From: Parcubacteria group bacterium Gr01-1014_31
GTDB taxonomy: Bacteria > Patescibacteriota > Patescibacteriia > Buchananbacterales > GWA2-38-13
Length of the DNA stretch: 64,000 nucleotides
Assembly: GCA_007376135.1 (NCBI GenBank)
Contig: VMFR01000004.1
Location: 21,745-85,744, forward strand
Reading direction: 5' to 3'
The notes below the pieces were generated by a model, which had not been told where the DNA came from, ran no database searches, and worked only from the letters and a program-made list of their open reading frames with translations. Every line of letters begins with the position of its first letter. The stretch's first letter is position 1. The position numbers were made by a program, and so were the translations under genes. This document shows positions 10,387 to 18,288 of the stretch, one piece after another.

Positions 10387-12474
10387 TCACTCCAGGTGAA
10401 CGGAGGCCTGCAACGCGACAACCTGCCGTTGCAGCACGGCATGCTGGGCAAGCTCAGGATCTTTGTGGAGAAGGGCTGCCGCCTCGGTCTTGGCCCATTC
10501 CGCCAGGTCCAGGTCGGCTAATGTCGCCAAACGCAAATGGGTAAAACCGGACTGCAGCGTGCCCAACAGCTGCCCCGGCCCCCGAAATTTCAGATCCATC
10601 TCCGCCAGCGCGAACCCGTCCTCAGCCCGCAGGAATGCAGCCAGGCGCTCGATAACCACGGGATTGGTCGCCTCAGTGCAAAGAAAGCAGTGCGACTGGT
10701 AGCCCGAACGGCCTACCCTTCCGCGCAGCTGATGCAGTTGGCTCAGCCCGAACCGTTCGGCTCCTTCGATGACCATGATCGTAGCATTGGGAACGTCGAC
10801 GCCCACTTCCACGACAGTGGTCGTGACCAGCACCGACGTTCGATTCGCCAAAAAATCCGCCATAGTGGCGGCCTTTTTTTCCGCCGAAAGCTTACCATGG
10901 AGCACGCTGACGCGAAGGTCGGGAAAGACCCGCTGCTGCAGCTCCGCCTGCTCGGCAGTGACCGCCTTGACCCCGAACCGATCCGAGAGGTCGATCAACG
11001 GGCAGACCACGAATGCCTGACGCCCCGCCGCCACCTGGCCGCGAATGAACTGGTAGAGTCGCGGGCGCGCCGCGGCGGAAACCAGCTGGGTCATAATGGG
11101 TTTGCGTTCGCGCGGCCGCTGACGGATGGCGGTGATCGAAAGGTCGCCGTAGAGTACCAGTGCCAGCGAACGCGGGATTGGTGTGGCTGTCAACGACAGA
11201 AAATGCGGGCTGACGCCATTTCCCGCGGCGACCAAAAGCTGGCGCTGCTCGACCCCGAACCGATGCTGCTCATCAACCACGGCCAGCGTTAGCCGTTGCC
11301 ACCGCACCGACTCCTGCAGTAACGCATGCGTACCAACCACAAGGTCGAGTTCGCCTCGGCTGAGCATGGCAAGAATTTCCGATTTTTTCAGACGGTCGGA
11401 TCGAGGTGAGGCGGCGTCGCGCAGCTGCACCAATCGCTGGGTCCGGGTGAATAAGCCGACGGCAACCGGAAAACCGCCGAACCACCGGCAAAAAGTTTGG
11501 AAATGCTGGGCCGCCAAGATCTCGGTCGGCGCCATCACCGCGGTCTGCCCGCCGGACAGGGCGACGTTCAACGCGGCGAGGGCAACCACCACCGTCTTGC
11601 CGGCGCCAACATCGCCCTCCAGCAGCCGGTGCATCGGCACTGATCGCTGGAGATCCTGCAAAATTTTCCACGCCGCCACTCGCTGGTCTTGGGTCAACGT
11701 GAACGGAAGCGACCGCACCAGCCGGGCCGTCGCGTCGCGCTGGAACAAAATGGCCTGAGCGGGAACCTGACGCAGCTGCCAGCGCGCCTGCTGCAGCGCC
11801 AGTTGCAGGACGAAAAGTTCTTCGAATTTTAAACGCCGCAATGCCGCCTCGAGATGACGCCGGTGGTCAGGAAAGTGCAGCTGCTGCAAAGACCACGACC
11901 GTGCCGGCAACGCCGTCCGCTTTCGCAGCTCTGACGGCAAGGGGTCAACCACCTCGCGACATGCCGGCAACGCCTGCTGGATCAGGAACCGGATCTGCCG
12001 CTGCGTTAACCCGGTGGTCGTCGGATAAATGGGAACGAGCCGCGCCGTATGGAGCGTAAAACTTTTCTTTTGCTCGAGACTGGGGTTGATGAACTGGAGC
12101 TGATGGAATTCATACGTCACTTGTCCTGCGAGGTACACCTCATCGCCGGGTTTGAACATTCGCGTCAGGTACGGCTGGTTGAACCACACGGCGCTGATCT
12201 CCCCGCTCGCATCGCTAATCACCGCTTCGGTCAGCATCATCCGCCGCCGCGGACTGCGCCGGTTGGTGATGAGCTCGATCTTGCCGCCCACCGTGGCGGT
12301 TATGCCGGCGGATAATTTCGCGATCGGCAGGATCAACCCAAAATCGTCGTAACGAAAAGGATAGTGCCGCAAGAGCTCGGCAACGATTCTTATGCCGAGT
12401 TTGCCAAGTAGGGTCGCGGTTGACCTCCCGACCCTTGTGAGCTGCTCGATCTTTGTATCCAGTGTCAATAGCAT
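10387..12474 (-). CDS. recG: ATP-dependent DNA helicase RecG
   Basis: 695 aa with a wedge/OB N-domain, Walker A GDVGAGKT, DEQH box (VVDEQHRFGV) and helicase C-domain. Confidence 0.9.
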   Translation of the reverse strand: MLLTLDTKIEQLTRVGRSTATLLGKLGIRIVAELLRHYPFRYDDFGLILPIAKLSAGITATVGGKIELITNRRSPRRRMMLTEAVISDASGEISAVWFNQPYLTRMFKPGDEVYLAGQVTYEFHQLQFINPSLEQKKSFTLHTARLVPIYPTTTGLTQRQIRFLIQQALPACREVVDPLPSELRKRTALPARSWSLQQLHFPDHRRHLEAALRRLKFEELFVLQLALQQARWQLRQVPAQAILFQRDATARLVRSLPFTLTQDQRVAAWKILQDLQRSVPMHRLLEGDVGAGKTVVVALAALNVALSGGQTAVMAPTEILAAQHFQTFCRWFGGFPVAVGLFTRTQRLVQLRDAASPRSDRLKKSEILAMLSRGELDLVVGTHALLQESVRWQRLTLAVVDEQHRFGVEQRQLLVAAGNGVSPHFLSLTATPIPRSLALVLYGDLSITAIRQRPRERKPIMTQLVSAAARPRLYQFIRGQVAAGRQAFVVCPLIDLSDRFGVKAVTAEQAELQQRVFPDLRVSVLHGKLSAEKKAATMADFLANRTSVLVTTTVVEVGVDVPNATIMVIEGAERFGLSQLHQLRGRVGRSGYQSHCFLCTEATNPVVIERLAAFLRAEDGFALAEMDLKFRGPGQLLGTLQSGFTHLRLATLADLDLAEWAKTEAAALLHKDPELAQHAVLQRQVVALQASVHLE

Positions 12475-12556
12475 GGAAAGATTCTTTCTCTTTCATCAGT
12501 ATAACAAAAAATACGGAAGACCAAAGCAAAAAACCATGACCAGCGCAGCGGGGAAA

Positions 12557-12601
12557 TAAAAAAAGACCCAAGGTATGGCACGAACTGTGGCATACCTTGG
12601 G
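12557..12601 (-). terminator. Rho-independent terminator downstream of the plsC-like gene (minus strand)
   Basis: 11-bp perfect stem cccaaggtatg/cataccttggg (12567-12577 / 12591-12601). The adjacent A-run on plus (12557-12566) is a T-run on the minus strand. Confidence 0.6.
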
Positions 12602-12626
12602 CATGAATCCAAGGGGTGGCGGGAAA

Positions 12627-13361
12627 CTACACCGAGGTTTCGTCGGCGAGACGCAGGAGCGACGTGGCAACGTCGCTGGTAATTTCCTCCTTGTGGTCGC
12701 GCCGAGAAAAACGTAATCCCGAACCGACCCGAATTACGACGGTATGCCCGAGAAATTTGGGCACACGGTGGTACAGGACCTTCCGGTCCGGATCATTCGG
12801 CAGCACCGCATCGGTACCATCGACCCAAACCGGCACGACCAGCGCCTGCGTTGTTTGCGCCAGGTACGCTAGCCCTTGTTTGAGCTCGCGCAGGCGTTTT
12901 CCATTCGTGCTCTGAAGAACGGTTCCATTTCCACCCGCCGATGAAGTTCTCCCGCCCTCAGGGAACATCACGACAATACCGCCATCCTCCAGAATGCGCC
13001 GTAAACGGCGCAACGAACGCATTTGCGCTCGGACATCCCCGCGGGGGATAAACACCACGCGCGGCCGCATCCACCACCACCAGAAACCCCCGAAATTGTT
13101 CAGGTCAGGAGTGCTCCATGGGCTGAAAAGGAACGGATGCAGGAGGAACTGCCGCAGAAAAAGAACCGGAAGAATGATGGGCTCCAAGAGCGACGGATGA
13201 TTGGACACCAGGATGACCCCGCGCTGCCACCGCGGGAAACATTCCGGGTGCACCAGCCTGATGAGTCCGCGCCAACGGAGGTACCACACCAGGGCCCCTA
13301 ACACTACCCCCATCGGGTAGGTGAACACCAGAAAGTGCAGAGCTTCGAATAATCTCTTCAT
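12627..13361 (-). CDS. plsC: 1-acyl-sn-glycerol-3-phosphate acyltransferase-like (PlsC/LPLAT family)
   Basis: NHPSLLEP (HxxxxD-like block I) and FPEGGRTSS (FPEGTR block III) motifs, N-terminal TM. Confidence 0.75.
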   Translation of the reverse strand: MKRLFEALHFLVFTYPMGVVLGALVWYLRWRGLIRLVHPECFPRWQRGVILVSNHPSLLEPIILPVLFLRQFLLHPFLFSPWSTPDLNNFGGFWWWWMRPRVVFIPRGDVRAQMRSLRRLRRILEDGGIVVMFPEGGRTSSAGGNGTVLQSTNGKRLRELKQGLAYLAQTTQALVVPVWVDGTDAVLPNDPDRKVLYHRVPKFLGHTVVIRVGSGLRFSRRDHKEEITSDVATSLLRLADETSV

Positions 13362-13573
13362 GACGCCTCCTCATTGTGAAAGGTCCGCGGAAACGCAGGC
13401 GATACGTTACCACCCGGTCGATAAAAAAACAACCCCGCGCTCTCCTCAGGGGAAAAAATTCTGGAACGGAAAACTCGTGGCGACGCCGTTCCTCGTCCTC
13501 TCCCCTTTGCGCCCAATCAGGACTTTCGCCCCACACCTTTTTGGTATGGATGAGGGGTATGTCTTTTTACCTT

Positions 13574-13647
13574 TGCGCCCGGCAGGGCTCGAACCTGCGG
13601 CCTCAAGGTCCGCAACCTTGCGCTCTGTCCAGCTGAGCTACGGGCGC
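13574..13647 (-). tRNA. tRNA-Arg (anticodon read as GCG)
   Basis: GCGCCCGTAGCTCAGCTGGACAGAGCGCAAGGTTGCGGACCTTGAGGCCGCAGGTTCGAGCCCTGCCGGGCGCA has a 7-bp acceptor stem, a D-arm, anticodon loop TTGCGGA, T-loop TTCGAGC and discriminator A. No encoded CCA. A 20-bp perfect inverted repeat extends the acceptor stem. Confidence 0.8.
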
Positions 13648-13791
13648 AAAGGTAAAAAGACAATATGAGAGTACACGGGAAAAAGGTGTGGGGCAAGCCT
13701 GCGAACTTCCCGCCAACGGCGGGACGCTCTGTTCAGCGGAGCCCTGCCGGCAGGCAGCTACGGGCGCAAAGGGGAGACAACGATCGCACTC

Positions 13792-14301
13792 CTACAATTT
13801 CAATAATCGCGAGATCTGATCCAGGACCGGCTCGTCCTCCCGCCGGAGGTCTTCCGGCAAATAATCCAAGAGCGAATGCCGCGCCGTCACCGGATTCTGC
13901 GGACCCAACGGCAGGGGAAGGTATGGCTTGAACGGATTACGGAACTCCAAGTACAGATTCTTCACCTCGGGCGGCTGGTAAATGATCCAAAAACCTTTCA
14001 ACTCCTGGTAGGAATAAAAGGTTTGACCCACGGCAACGCCGTTATCGGTGATGGCCAAAACCAGCGCCTTGGCCGGCTGACGGCGCATCAGCCCAAAGGT
14101 TAAACCGAACAATACCAGTAATCCGGAGAAAAGGAAATCCCTCGTCCACACCCCGTAGGCGATCAGCAATACGGCAACGACACCGGCGATCACATACCAA
14201 CGGCGGCTGCGCGCCTGCTGGGTTCCATCGTCGCATTGCCACTGGATGATCACCCGACCGATACCTGGAGGCAAACTTGGTGACACTGTCGATTCTGCCA
14301 T
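13792..14301 (-). CDS. Hypothetical small membrane protein (two TM helices plus a PH-like soluble domain)
   Basis: ATG at 14301, 169 aa, TM pair VIAGVVAVLLIAYGVW...LLVLFGLTFGL. No confident family call. Confidence 0.45.
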   Translation of the reverse strand: MAESTVSPSLPPGIGRVIIQWQCDDGTQQARSRRWYVIAGVVAVLLIAYGVWTRDFLFSGLLVLFGLTFGLMRRQPAKALVLAITDNGVAVGQTFYSYQELKGFWIIYQPPEVKNLYLEFRNPFKPYLPLPLGPQNPVTARHSLLDYLPEDLRREDEPVLDQISRLLKL

Positions 14302-14515
14302 ATGCCAAATTCCTTACGCTGCGCGTGGACCAAAATTTCTCATCCAGGGCGGTGGGGGTGGGATTCTCTGCCTACGGCAGATCCGCCCGTAACTATCACC
14401 TATGGTGGCGGAGAACCCACGGTACCATTGCTTCCTTTTATACTGAGCGGACCACTCGGGTTTGGTACGCGAAATGTATAGGCAGTATAGAGGTTTTTCC
14501 GCTATTTTTCAAGGC

Positions 14516-15613
14516 TCACGATTGAGGCACGTGGGTCGGGGTTACAGAATTATTTTTTAAGGCATCCGCTTCTTTTAATTGAACAGTGCCTTGTAGCATA
14601 TAATATGGTGCAAATGGTGCTAGCTTCTCAATTATCACCTTGCTCTCATCGCCTGTCAGATACTCATTACATAGAATTGCCCAATCTTTCGAATTGAGGT
14701 GGCCGTAAAGCTGTCTGCGGGCAGCGCTTGCTATTGATCGGTTAATGTGATTTACATCATCCCTGGTTAGTAATAAATTGTGGCTGTTTAGAGGGATTCT
14801 CCGGAATGATAAACAATATTTCGGCGAAATCGTTAATAATACTGTGCCATTTAGAACACCACCAGCTATGTGCGGCGGACAGAACGCTGGCTCTTGGGTT
14901 ACAACAGGATTGTCTGAAGTAATGAAATGGCGATTGTGTGGCGCAATAAGTAAGTGCCATGATTTTTTGCTCATTAGAATTTCATAGATTTCCTTACTCA
15001 AATCCATTGCTTGCTTGAAATAGTGCCCTTCTCCCCCCTCCATCGTAATGGAGTATTTATTGGGGTCTTGCATAAATTTTCTCATCTCTTCAAACTCCTC
15101 GTTAGATGAGAAAGATACCCCTGCTTGTTTAAATTTTTCCCTAAGAGAATCTGGATGTTCAGTTTGAATTTTCTGTAACAATTTAATATGTCCAATATCC
15201 ATATTTTTAAGCCATTCATTAAATGATGGCCCCCGTACCCGCAGTAGGGAAACGAAGGCGGCGATATCAGAACGTTCTCTTTCTGTTGCGGGCAGATTTC
15301 CAATCCTAATTATTTCAGCAAGTACAGCGGCTACAGCACCTTCGTGCTCAGCAAATACCCCCTCCATTACCCTGGTCTTTTGGCCGGTATCCTTTTCCTC
15401 AAAAGTGTATAAATCTTTACTTGTGGCAATATTCGCAATGCTAACTAATAGAGGATTATTTCCTGGTTGATACATGTATATCTGATTACCACCTTCGTTT
15501 GCTGCAAAAAATTTTAAGTAAAATTGCGGAATCCAATGATGGCGCTTGGTGTTCTGAGCAATTTTTTCGTACTTCTCTTTAAATTCTTGGAATGACTCAC
15601 TTACATTTTCCAT
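14516..15613 (-). CDS. Hypothetical protein, DUF4238-like (N-terminal HHWIPQFYLKFF motif). Low GC, likely horizontally acquired.
   Basis: 365-aa ORF with ATG at 15613 in a markedly AT-rich segment. The N-terminal H-x-x-P-x-x-Y-L-x-x-F resembles the DUF4238 signature, but this is a memory-based family call. Confidence 0.55.
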   Translation of the reverse strand: MENVSESFQEFKEKYEKIAQNTKRHHWIPQFYLKFFAANEGGNQIYMYQPGNNPLLVSIANIATSKDLYTFEEKDTGQKTRVMEGVFAEHEGAVAAVLAEIIRIGNLPATERERSDIAAFVSLLRVRGPSFNEWLKNMDIGHIKLLQKIQTEHPDSLREKFKQAGVSFSSNEEFEEMRKFMQDPNKYSITMEGGEGHYFKQAMDLSKEIYEILMSKKSWHLLIAPHNRHFITSDNPVVTQEPAFCPPHIAGGVLNGTVLLTISPKYCLSFRRIPLNSHNLLLTRDDVNHINRSIASAARRQLYGHLNSKDWAILCNEYLTGDESKVIIEKLAPFAPYYMLQGTVQLKEADALKNNSVTPTHVPQS

Positions 15614-15644
15614 ATGTTATATAGTAGACGCAAATATTATCTAT

Positions 15645-15675
15645 GATAAGACCCAGCTATGCAGCTGGGTCTTAT
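15645..15675 (-). terminator. Strong hairpin (14-bp perfect stem gataagacccagct/agctgggtcttatc, loop atgc) downstream of the minus-strand tRNA-Ser region
   Basis: Perfect inverted repeat directly after the pseudo-tRNA/tRNA-Ser transcription unit. The flanking sequence on minus is AT-rich but lacks a clean T-run. Confidence 0.45.
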
Positions 15676-15693
15676 CCGATAAAAAGTTGTTAT

Positions 15694-15830
15694 GGCGATG
15701 GGGCAGGGATTCTCCGCCTTCGGAAGACGACCCGTAGGGTGGAAACCCACCGAACCATTGCTGGTTCAGCAGTTTTTCCGCCTGCGGACTTCGACGGTGA
15801 GCTCAGTCGAACCGCGGATCCGCCGTAATG
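15694..15830 (-). pseudogene. Degenerate tRNA-Ser-like remnant (att-type duplication), not foldable into a canonical cloverleaf
   Basis: Shares AAAACTG..ACCAGCAATGGT..TCG.TGGGTT and a GGAGAATCCC 3' block with the adjacent tRNA-Ser(TGA), but its T-loop and anticodon arm are non-canonical. Confidence 0.35.
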
Positions 15831-15841
15831 TTCATCGAGAA

Positions 15842-15928
15842 CGGAGGGGGTGGGATTCGAACCCACGATACCATTGCTGGTATAACAGTTTTCAAGACTG
15901 TCCGATTCAACCTCTCTCGCACCCCTCC
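15842..15928 (-). tRNA. tRNA-Ser (anticodon TGA)
   Basis: GGAGGGGTGCGAGAGAGGTTGAATCGGACAGTCTTGAAAACTGTTATACCAGCAATGGTATCGTGGGTTCGAATCCCACCCCCTCCG has a 7-bp acceptor stem, anticodon loop CTTGAAA, a long variable arm and T-loop TTCGAAT. Confidence 0.8.
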
Positions 15929-16022
15929 GTTCTCGATGCTATTACACCATGGAGGCGGAGAAGACCCTCGTGCAACACTCTCGCCCGCCTACCGGCAGGC
16001 AGGCCGCTGGATGCGACCTTCC

Positions 16023-16343
16023 CTAGCGCGCCACCGAATTCTTACGATCCAAAAATCTCGTGACCTGGCCCTCCAATTTATCCACTGACAGATCGAGCGC
16101 TTTATGCAGCGCGTGGCTAGTCGCCTGCGCATACCCTTCATCCCATGACGGCACCCCCAACTGCAGCGTGACCTCGAAGGCGTTGTGGTGACGGAAATAA
16201 ACGGCGTGCACCTGCAGACTGACACTGTCGGGCGGGTAGTGCGAGAGCAATTTCTCGAGCCGGGTCTGCTTCTGGTCCAAATAGGCGCGAAAACCATCTT
16301 TCGCATTCTCAGCGACATCCTGGAACGTGACCGTCACCAACAT
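16023..16343 (-). CDS. hpf: Ribosome hibernation promoting factor / ribosome-associated inhibitor A (short HPF/RaiA form)
   Basis: 106 aa. MLVTVTFQDVAENAKDGFRAYLDQKQTRLEKLL...GYAQATSHALHKALDLSVDKLEGQVTRFLDRK matches the S30AE/HPF fold pattern (AIDxxxDKLERQ-like C-terminal helix). Confidence 0.7.
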   Translation of the reverse strand: MLVTVTFQDVAENAKDGFRAYLDQKQTRLEKLLSHYPPDSVSLQVHAVYFRHHNAFEVTLQLGVPSWDEGYAQATSHALHKALDLSVDKLEGQVTRFLDRKNSVAR

Positions 16344-16364
16344 AGAAAAGAGGGAATTAAAAAA

Positions 16365-16774
16365 CGGAGAGGGTGGGATAGTTCGACGGGCTCACTATTA
16401 TTTACCGCCACTCATACTTCGCCAGGCGCAGTACTTTTACTCAACGTTTTAAGTCGAACAAATTCGCCTGCAATCAACGCTTTCTTCTTTGCAACCGACC
16501 AACCTTTCAATTGTCGCTCGCGTGTTTCTGCTTCTTGGTGGGTTGCAAAGCTCTCAGTGTAAACGAGTCGAACACCAGAAAACTTTTTTGTGAAGTTGGA
16601 ATATCCTCTCATATGTTCGTCCAGTCTTCGTTCGACATTATCGGTCATACCAACGTAAAAAGTTTTCTGGTTGCAAAAAAGAATGTAAACATGCCATAAC
16701 ATACCCCAAATTGTGGGCGTAAAGTACTGAGCCATTCGGCACTGAGCTCATGGCCGAAGTGCCTGTCGAAGTAC
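16365..16774 (-). mobile_element. Putative ~0.4-kb low-GC micro-islet at tRNA-Ser(GCT) carrying a GIY-YIG nuclease gene, bounded by a 15-nt duplicate of the tRNA 3' end
   Basis: cggagagggtgggat at 16365-16379 duplicates the tRNA-Ser(GCT) 3' end at 16774-16788. On the minus strand it is followed by TTTTTT. Enclosed DNA is ~43% GC. Confidence 0.4.
16412..16702 (-). CDS. GIY-YIG nuclease superfamily protein (UPF0213/YhbQ-like)
   Basis: MLWHVYILFCNQKTFYVGMTDNVERRLDEH...QLKGWS is a GIY-YIG core with a YhbQ-like N-terminus. The start is chosen at the internal ATG at 16702, with an alternative upstream ATG at 16735. Confidence 0.7.
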   Translation of the reverse strand: MLWHVYILFCNQKTFYVGMTDNVERRLDEHMRGYSNFTKKFSGVRLVYTESFATHQEAETRERQLKGWSVAKKKALIAGEFVRLKTLSKSTAPGEV

Positions 16775-16860
16775 GGAGAGGGTGGGATTCGAACCCACGA
16801 GGGACTTTCATCCCCAACGCCTTAGCACGGCGCCGCTTTCGACCGCTCAGCCACCTCTCC
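16774..16860 (-). tRNA. tRNA-Ser (anticodon GCT)
   Basis: GGAGAGGTGGCTGAGCGGTCGAAAGCGGCGCCGTGCTAAGGCGTTGGGGATGAAAGTCCCTCGTGGGTTCGAATCCCACCCTCTCCG has anticodon loop GTGCTAA, a long variable arm and T-loop TTCGAAT. Confidence 0.8.
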
Positions 16861-16951
16861 CCAGGCGTACTCCGTCAAGGCACGACATCGGCCGTTATTT
16901 TTCCGCGACTGACCGTTTCATCATACCAGAAACGCGGCTTCCTGTCCAGCC

Positions 16952-17665
16952 TTACCCGTGTGCCAGGGCCACGGCGACCACCTCACCGGACCCTGCGTCC
17001 CGCAACGCTTTCGCGCAGGCACGCATCGTGCTGGCGGTCGTGACCACATCGTCCACCAGCAGGACCCGGCGCGGGGCCGCACCGCGGACGACGAACGCTC
17101 CCCTGACGTTATTCTGTCTTATGCGCTGCGGAAGCCCAACCTGCGGACGGGTCGCCCGCCGGCGGAACAGAATATCCTCGCGCAAAGGCCAGCCAAAATG
17201 TTGCGCCACGGGCGCAGCAAGCAGCGCCGCCTGCTGATAGCCACGCGCGAGGAGCCGGCGGCGGTGGAGGGGTATAGGAATGACCGCATCAAATGCGTCC
17301 GACCACGCTGCTGCGTAACGGAGGTGCTCCAGATGTGCAACCAGCAGCCCCGCCAAGGGATTTGCCAGTGCCTGCACCCCGGTGTACTTCAAAGATTCCA
17401 CCGCCTTTACCAAGGTTCCCTGCCGGTACGGACAAGCCGCGAAAAGCTGCGTCAACGGACAGGAGGCGGCGCATACAAAGCACGGCCGGCCATCCGTGGA
17501 CGGCCGTAAACAACCGGGACAAAACCCGCCCGCGCACTGCCGCAGGCCACCCAGGCAGGCTGTACACAGCCAACTGCCCCGCTCCGCGCATCCGACGCAA
17601 TGGGATGGGAACAGTGTTTCCAGAATTTGCTCACGGGCCTTGGCGGCCCATCTCGGTGGGACCAC
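16952..17665 (-). CDS. comFC: ComF family protein ComFC (phosphoribosyltransferase domain with N-terminal Cys-rich zinc-finger-like region)
   Basis: N-terminal CVGC...CTAC...C..C clusters. C-terminal PRTase motif VLLVDDVVTTASTMRACAKALRDAG. Non-ATG (GTG) start at 17665. Confidence 0.8.
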   Translation of the reverse strand: MVPPRWAAKAREQILETLFPSHCVGCAERGSWLCTACLGGLRQCAGGFCPGCLRPSTDGRPCFVCAASCPLTQLFAACPYRQGTLVKAVESLKYTGVQALANPLAGLLVAHLEHLRYAAAWSDAFDAVIPIPLHRRRLLARGYQQAALLAAPVAQHFGWPLREDILFRRRATRPQVGLPQRIRQNNVRGAFVVRGAAPRRVLLVDDVVTTASTMRACAKALRDAGSGEVVAVALAHG

Positions 17666-17715
17666 AAAATTCCGCTTGCCGGAAGTGGCGGGCGCTCAGG
17701 CGCGACGCGTTACGC

Positions 17716-18288
17716 TCACTGCCATGAGGCCCCATCGACGCGCCAGCCGGCGGTGTTCTTCAGTAGAGTCACCGTCAATTTTTGGTAAAATTGCTGCCGT
17801 CCCGCACCGGTCCGGGTTTCGGAACGCTGCGTCTGCACCACGATCTGCGCTTCCGTTTCCTCGCCGTTGAGGGCGACGATCTCGGCCGACAGTACTTTGG
17901 TCGTGACGCCGTAGAAGCCGTCACCCAGCAGCAGCTGTTGCTGAGCGGCGCGCGCCGTGGCGGCGAATTGCTCCGTCATCAACGGCTGGAGTTGCTGTAA
18001 ATTCGTGCTCCCGCCGTCCGTGGAAAAACTTCCGTAGCGTTCCGCAAAAGTCTTGGCCAGCGCCTCGAGCGTCGCCTGGGTCTTTGGCTCTTTGGTCACC
18101 GGCGGCTCCACCGGTTGAGTTACCGCGCCCCCCGCGGGCGGCAACGTCGTACCTGCCCCGGGCAAAGGGGACGGCTGCCCCAGACCCGCTGGGCGCGCCG
18201 GGCGAGGAGCGCGCGCCACCAACACCAGCGCCAACACCACCAGCAGCGCCAAGACGATTATAGTGATGATCTTCGTCCGCTTGGTCAT
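17716..18288 (-). CDS. Hypothetical membrane-anchored protein, last gene of the T4SS-like block (possible VirB8/TcpC-like NTF2-fold ectodomain; speculative)
   Basis: ATG at 18288 overlaps the virB4-like stop (ATGA). N-terminal TM IITIIVLALLVVLALVLV, a Pro-rich linker, then a ~120-aa soluble domain. Confidence 0.5.
   Translation of the reverse strand: MTKRTKIITIIVLALLVVLALVLVARAPRPARPAGLGQPSPLPGAGTTLPPAGGAVTQPVEPPVTKEPKTQATLEALAKTFAERYGSFSTDGGSTNLQQLQPLMTEQFAATARAAQQQLLLGDGFYGVTTKVLSAEIVALNGEETEAQIVVQTQRSETRTGAGRQQFYQKLTVTLLKNTAGWRVDGASWQ

Larger units (their letters stand above)
14345..15842 (-). mobile_element. Putative integrated micro-islet (~1.5 kb, low GC) at tRNA-Ser(TGA), bounded by tRNA-3'-end-derived direct repeats. 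No integrase gene.
   Basis: The tRNA-Ser 3' terminus (plus 15842-15861, cggagggggtgggattcgaa) has degenerate copies at 15694-15716 (ggcgatggggcagggattctccg) and 14348-14370 (ggcggtgggggtgggattctctg). The ~85-nt copies at 14345-14450 and 15694-15780 are mutually homologous. Enclosed DNA is ~40% GC versus ~65% in flanks. Confidence 0.45.

Noticed and set aside
13574-13647. Doubt about the tRNA-Arg anticodon (GCG rather than the usual ACG or CCG)
   Set aside because: The cloverleaf is otherwise canonical (7-bp acceptor stem, T-loop TTCGAGC, U33, purine 37). It is kept as tRNA-Arg(GCG) as read. A one-base registration error in the anticodon-loop assignment cannot be excluded without tRNAscan-SE.
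15694-15830. A third functional tRNA (Ser or Sec) between the hairpin and tRNA-Ser(TGA)
   Set aside because: Despite ~60% identity to tRNA-Ser(TGA) over the variable and T-arm region, no canonical anticodon stem-loop, T-loop (AGAATCC instead of TTCRANY) or acceptor pairing can be drawn. It is interpreted as an att-type remnant.
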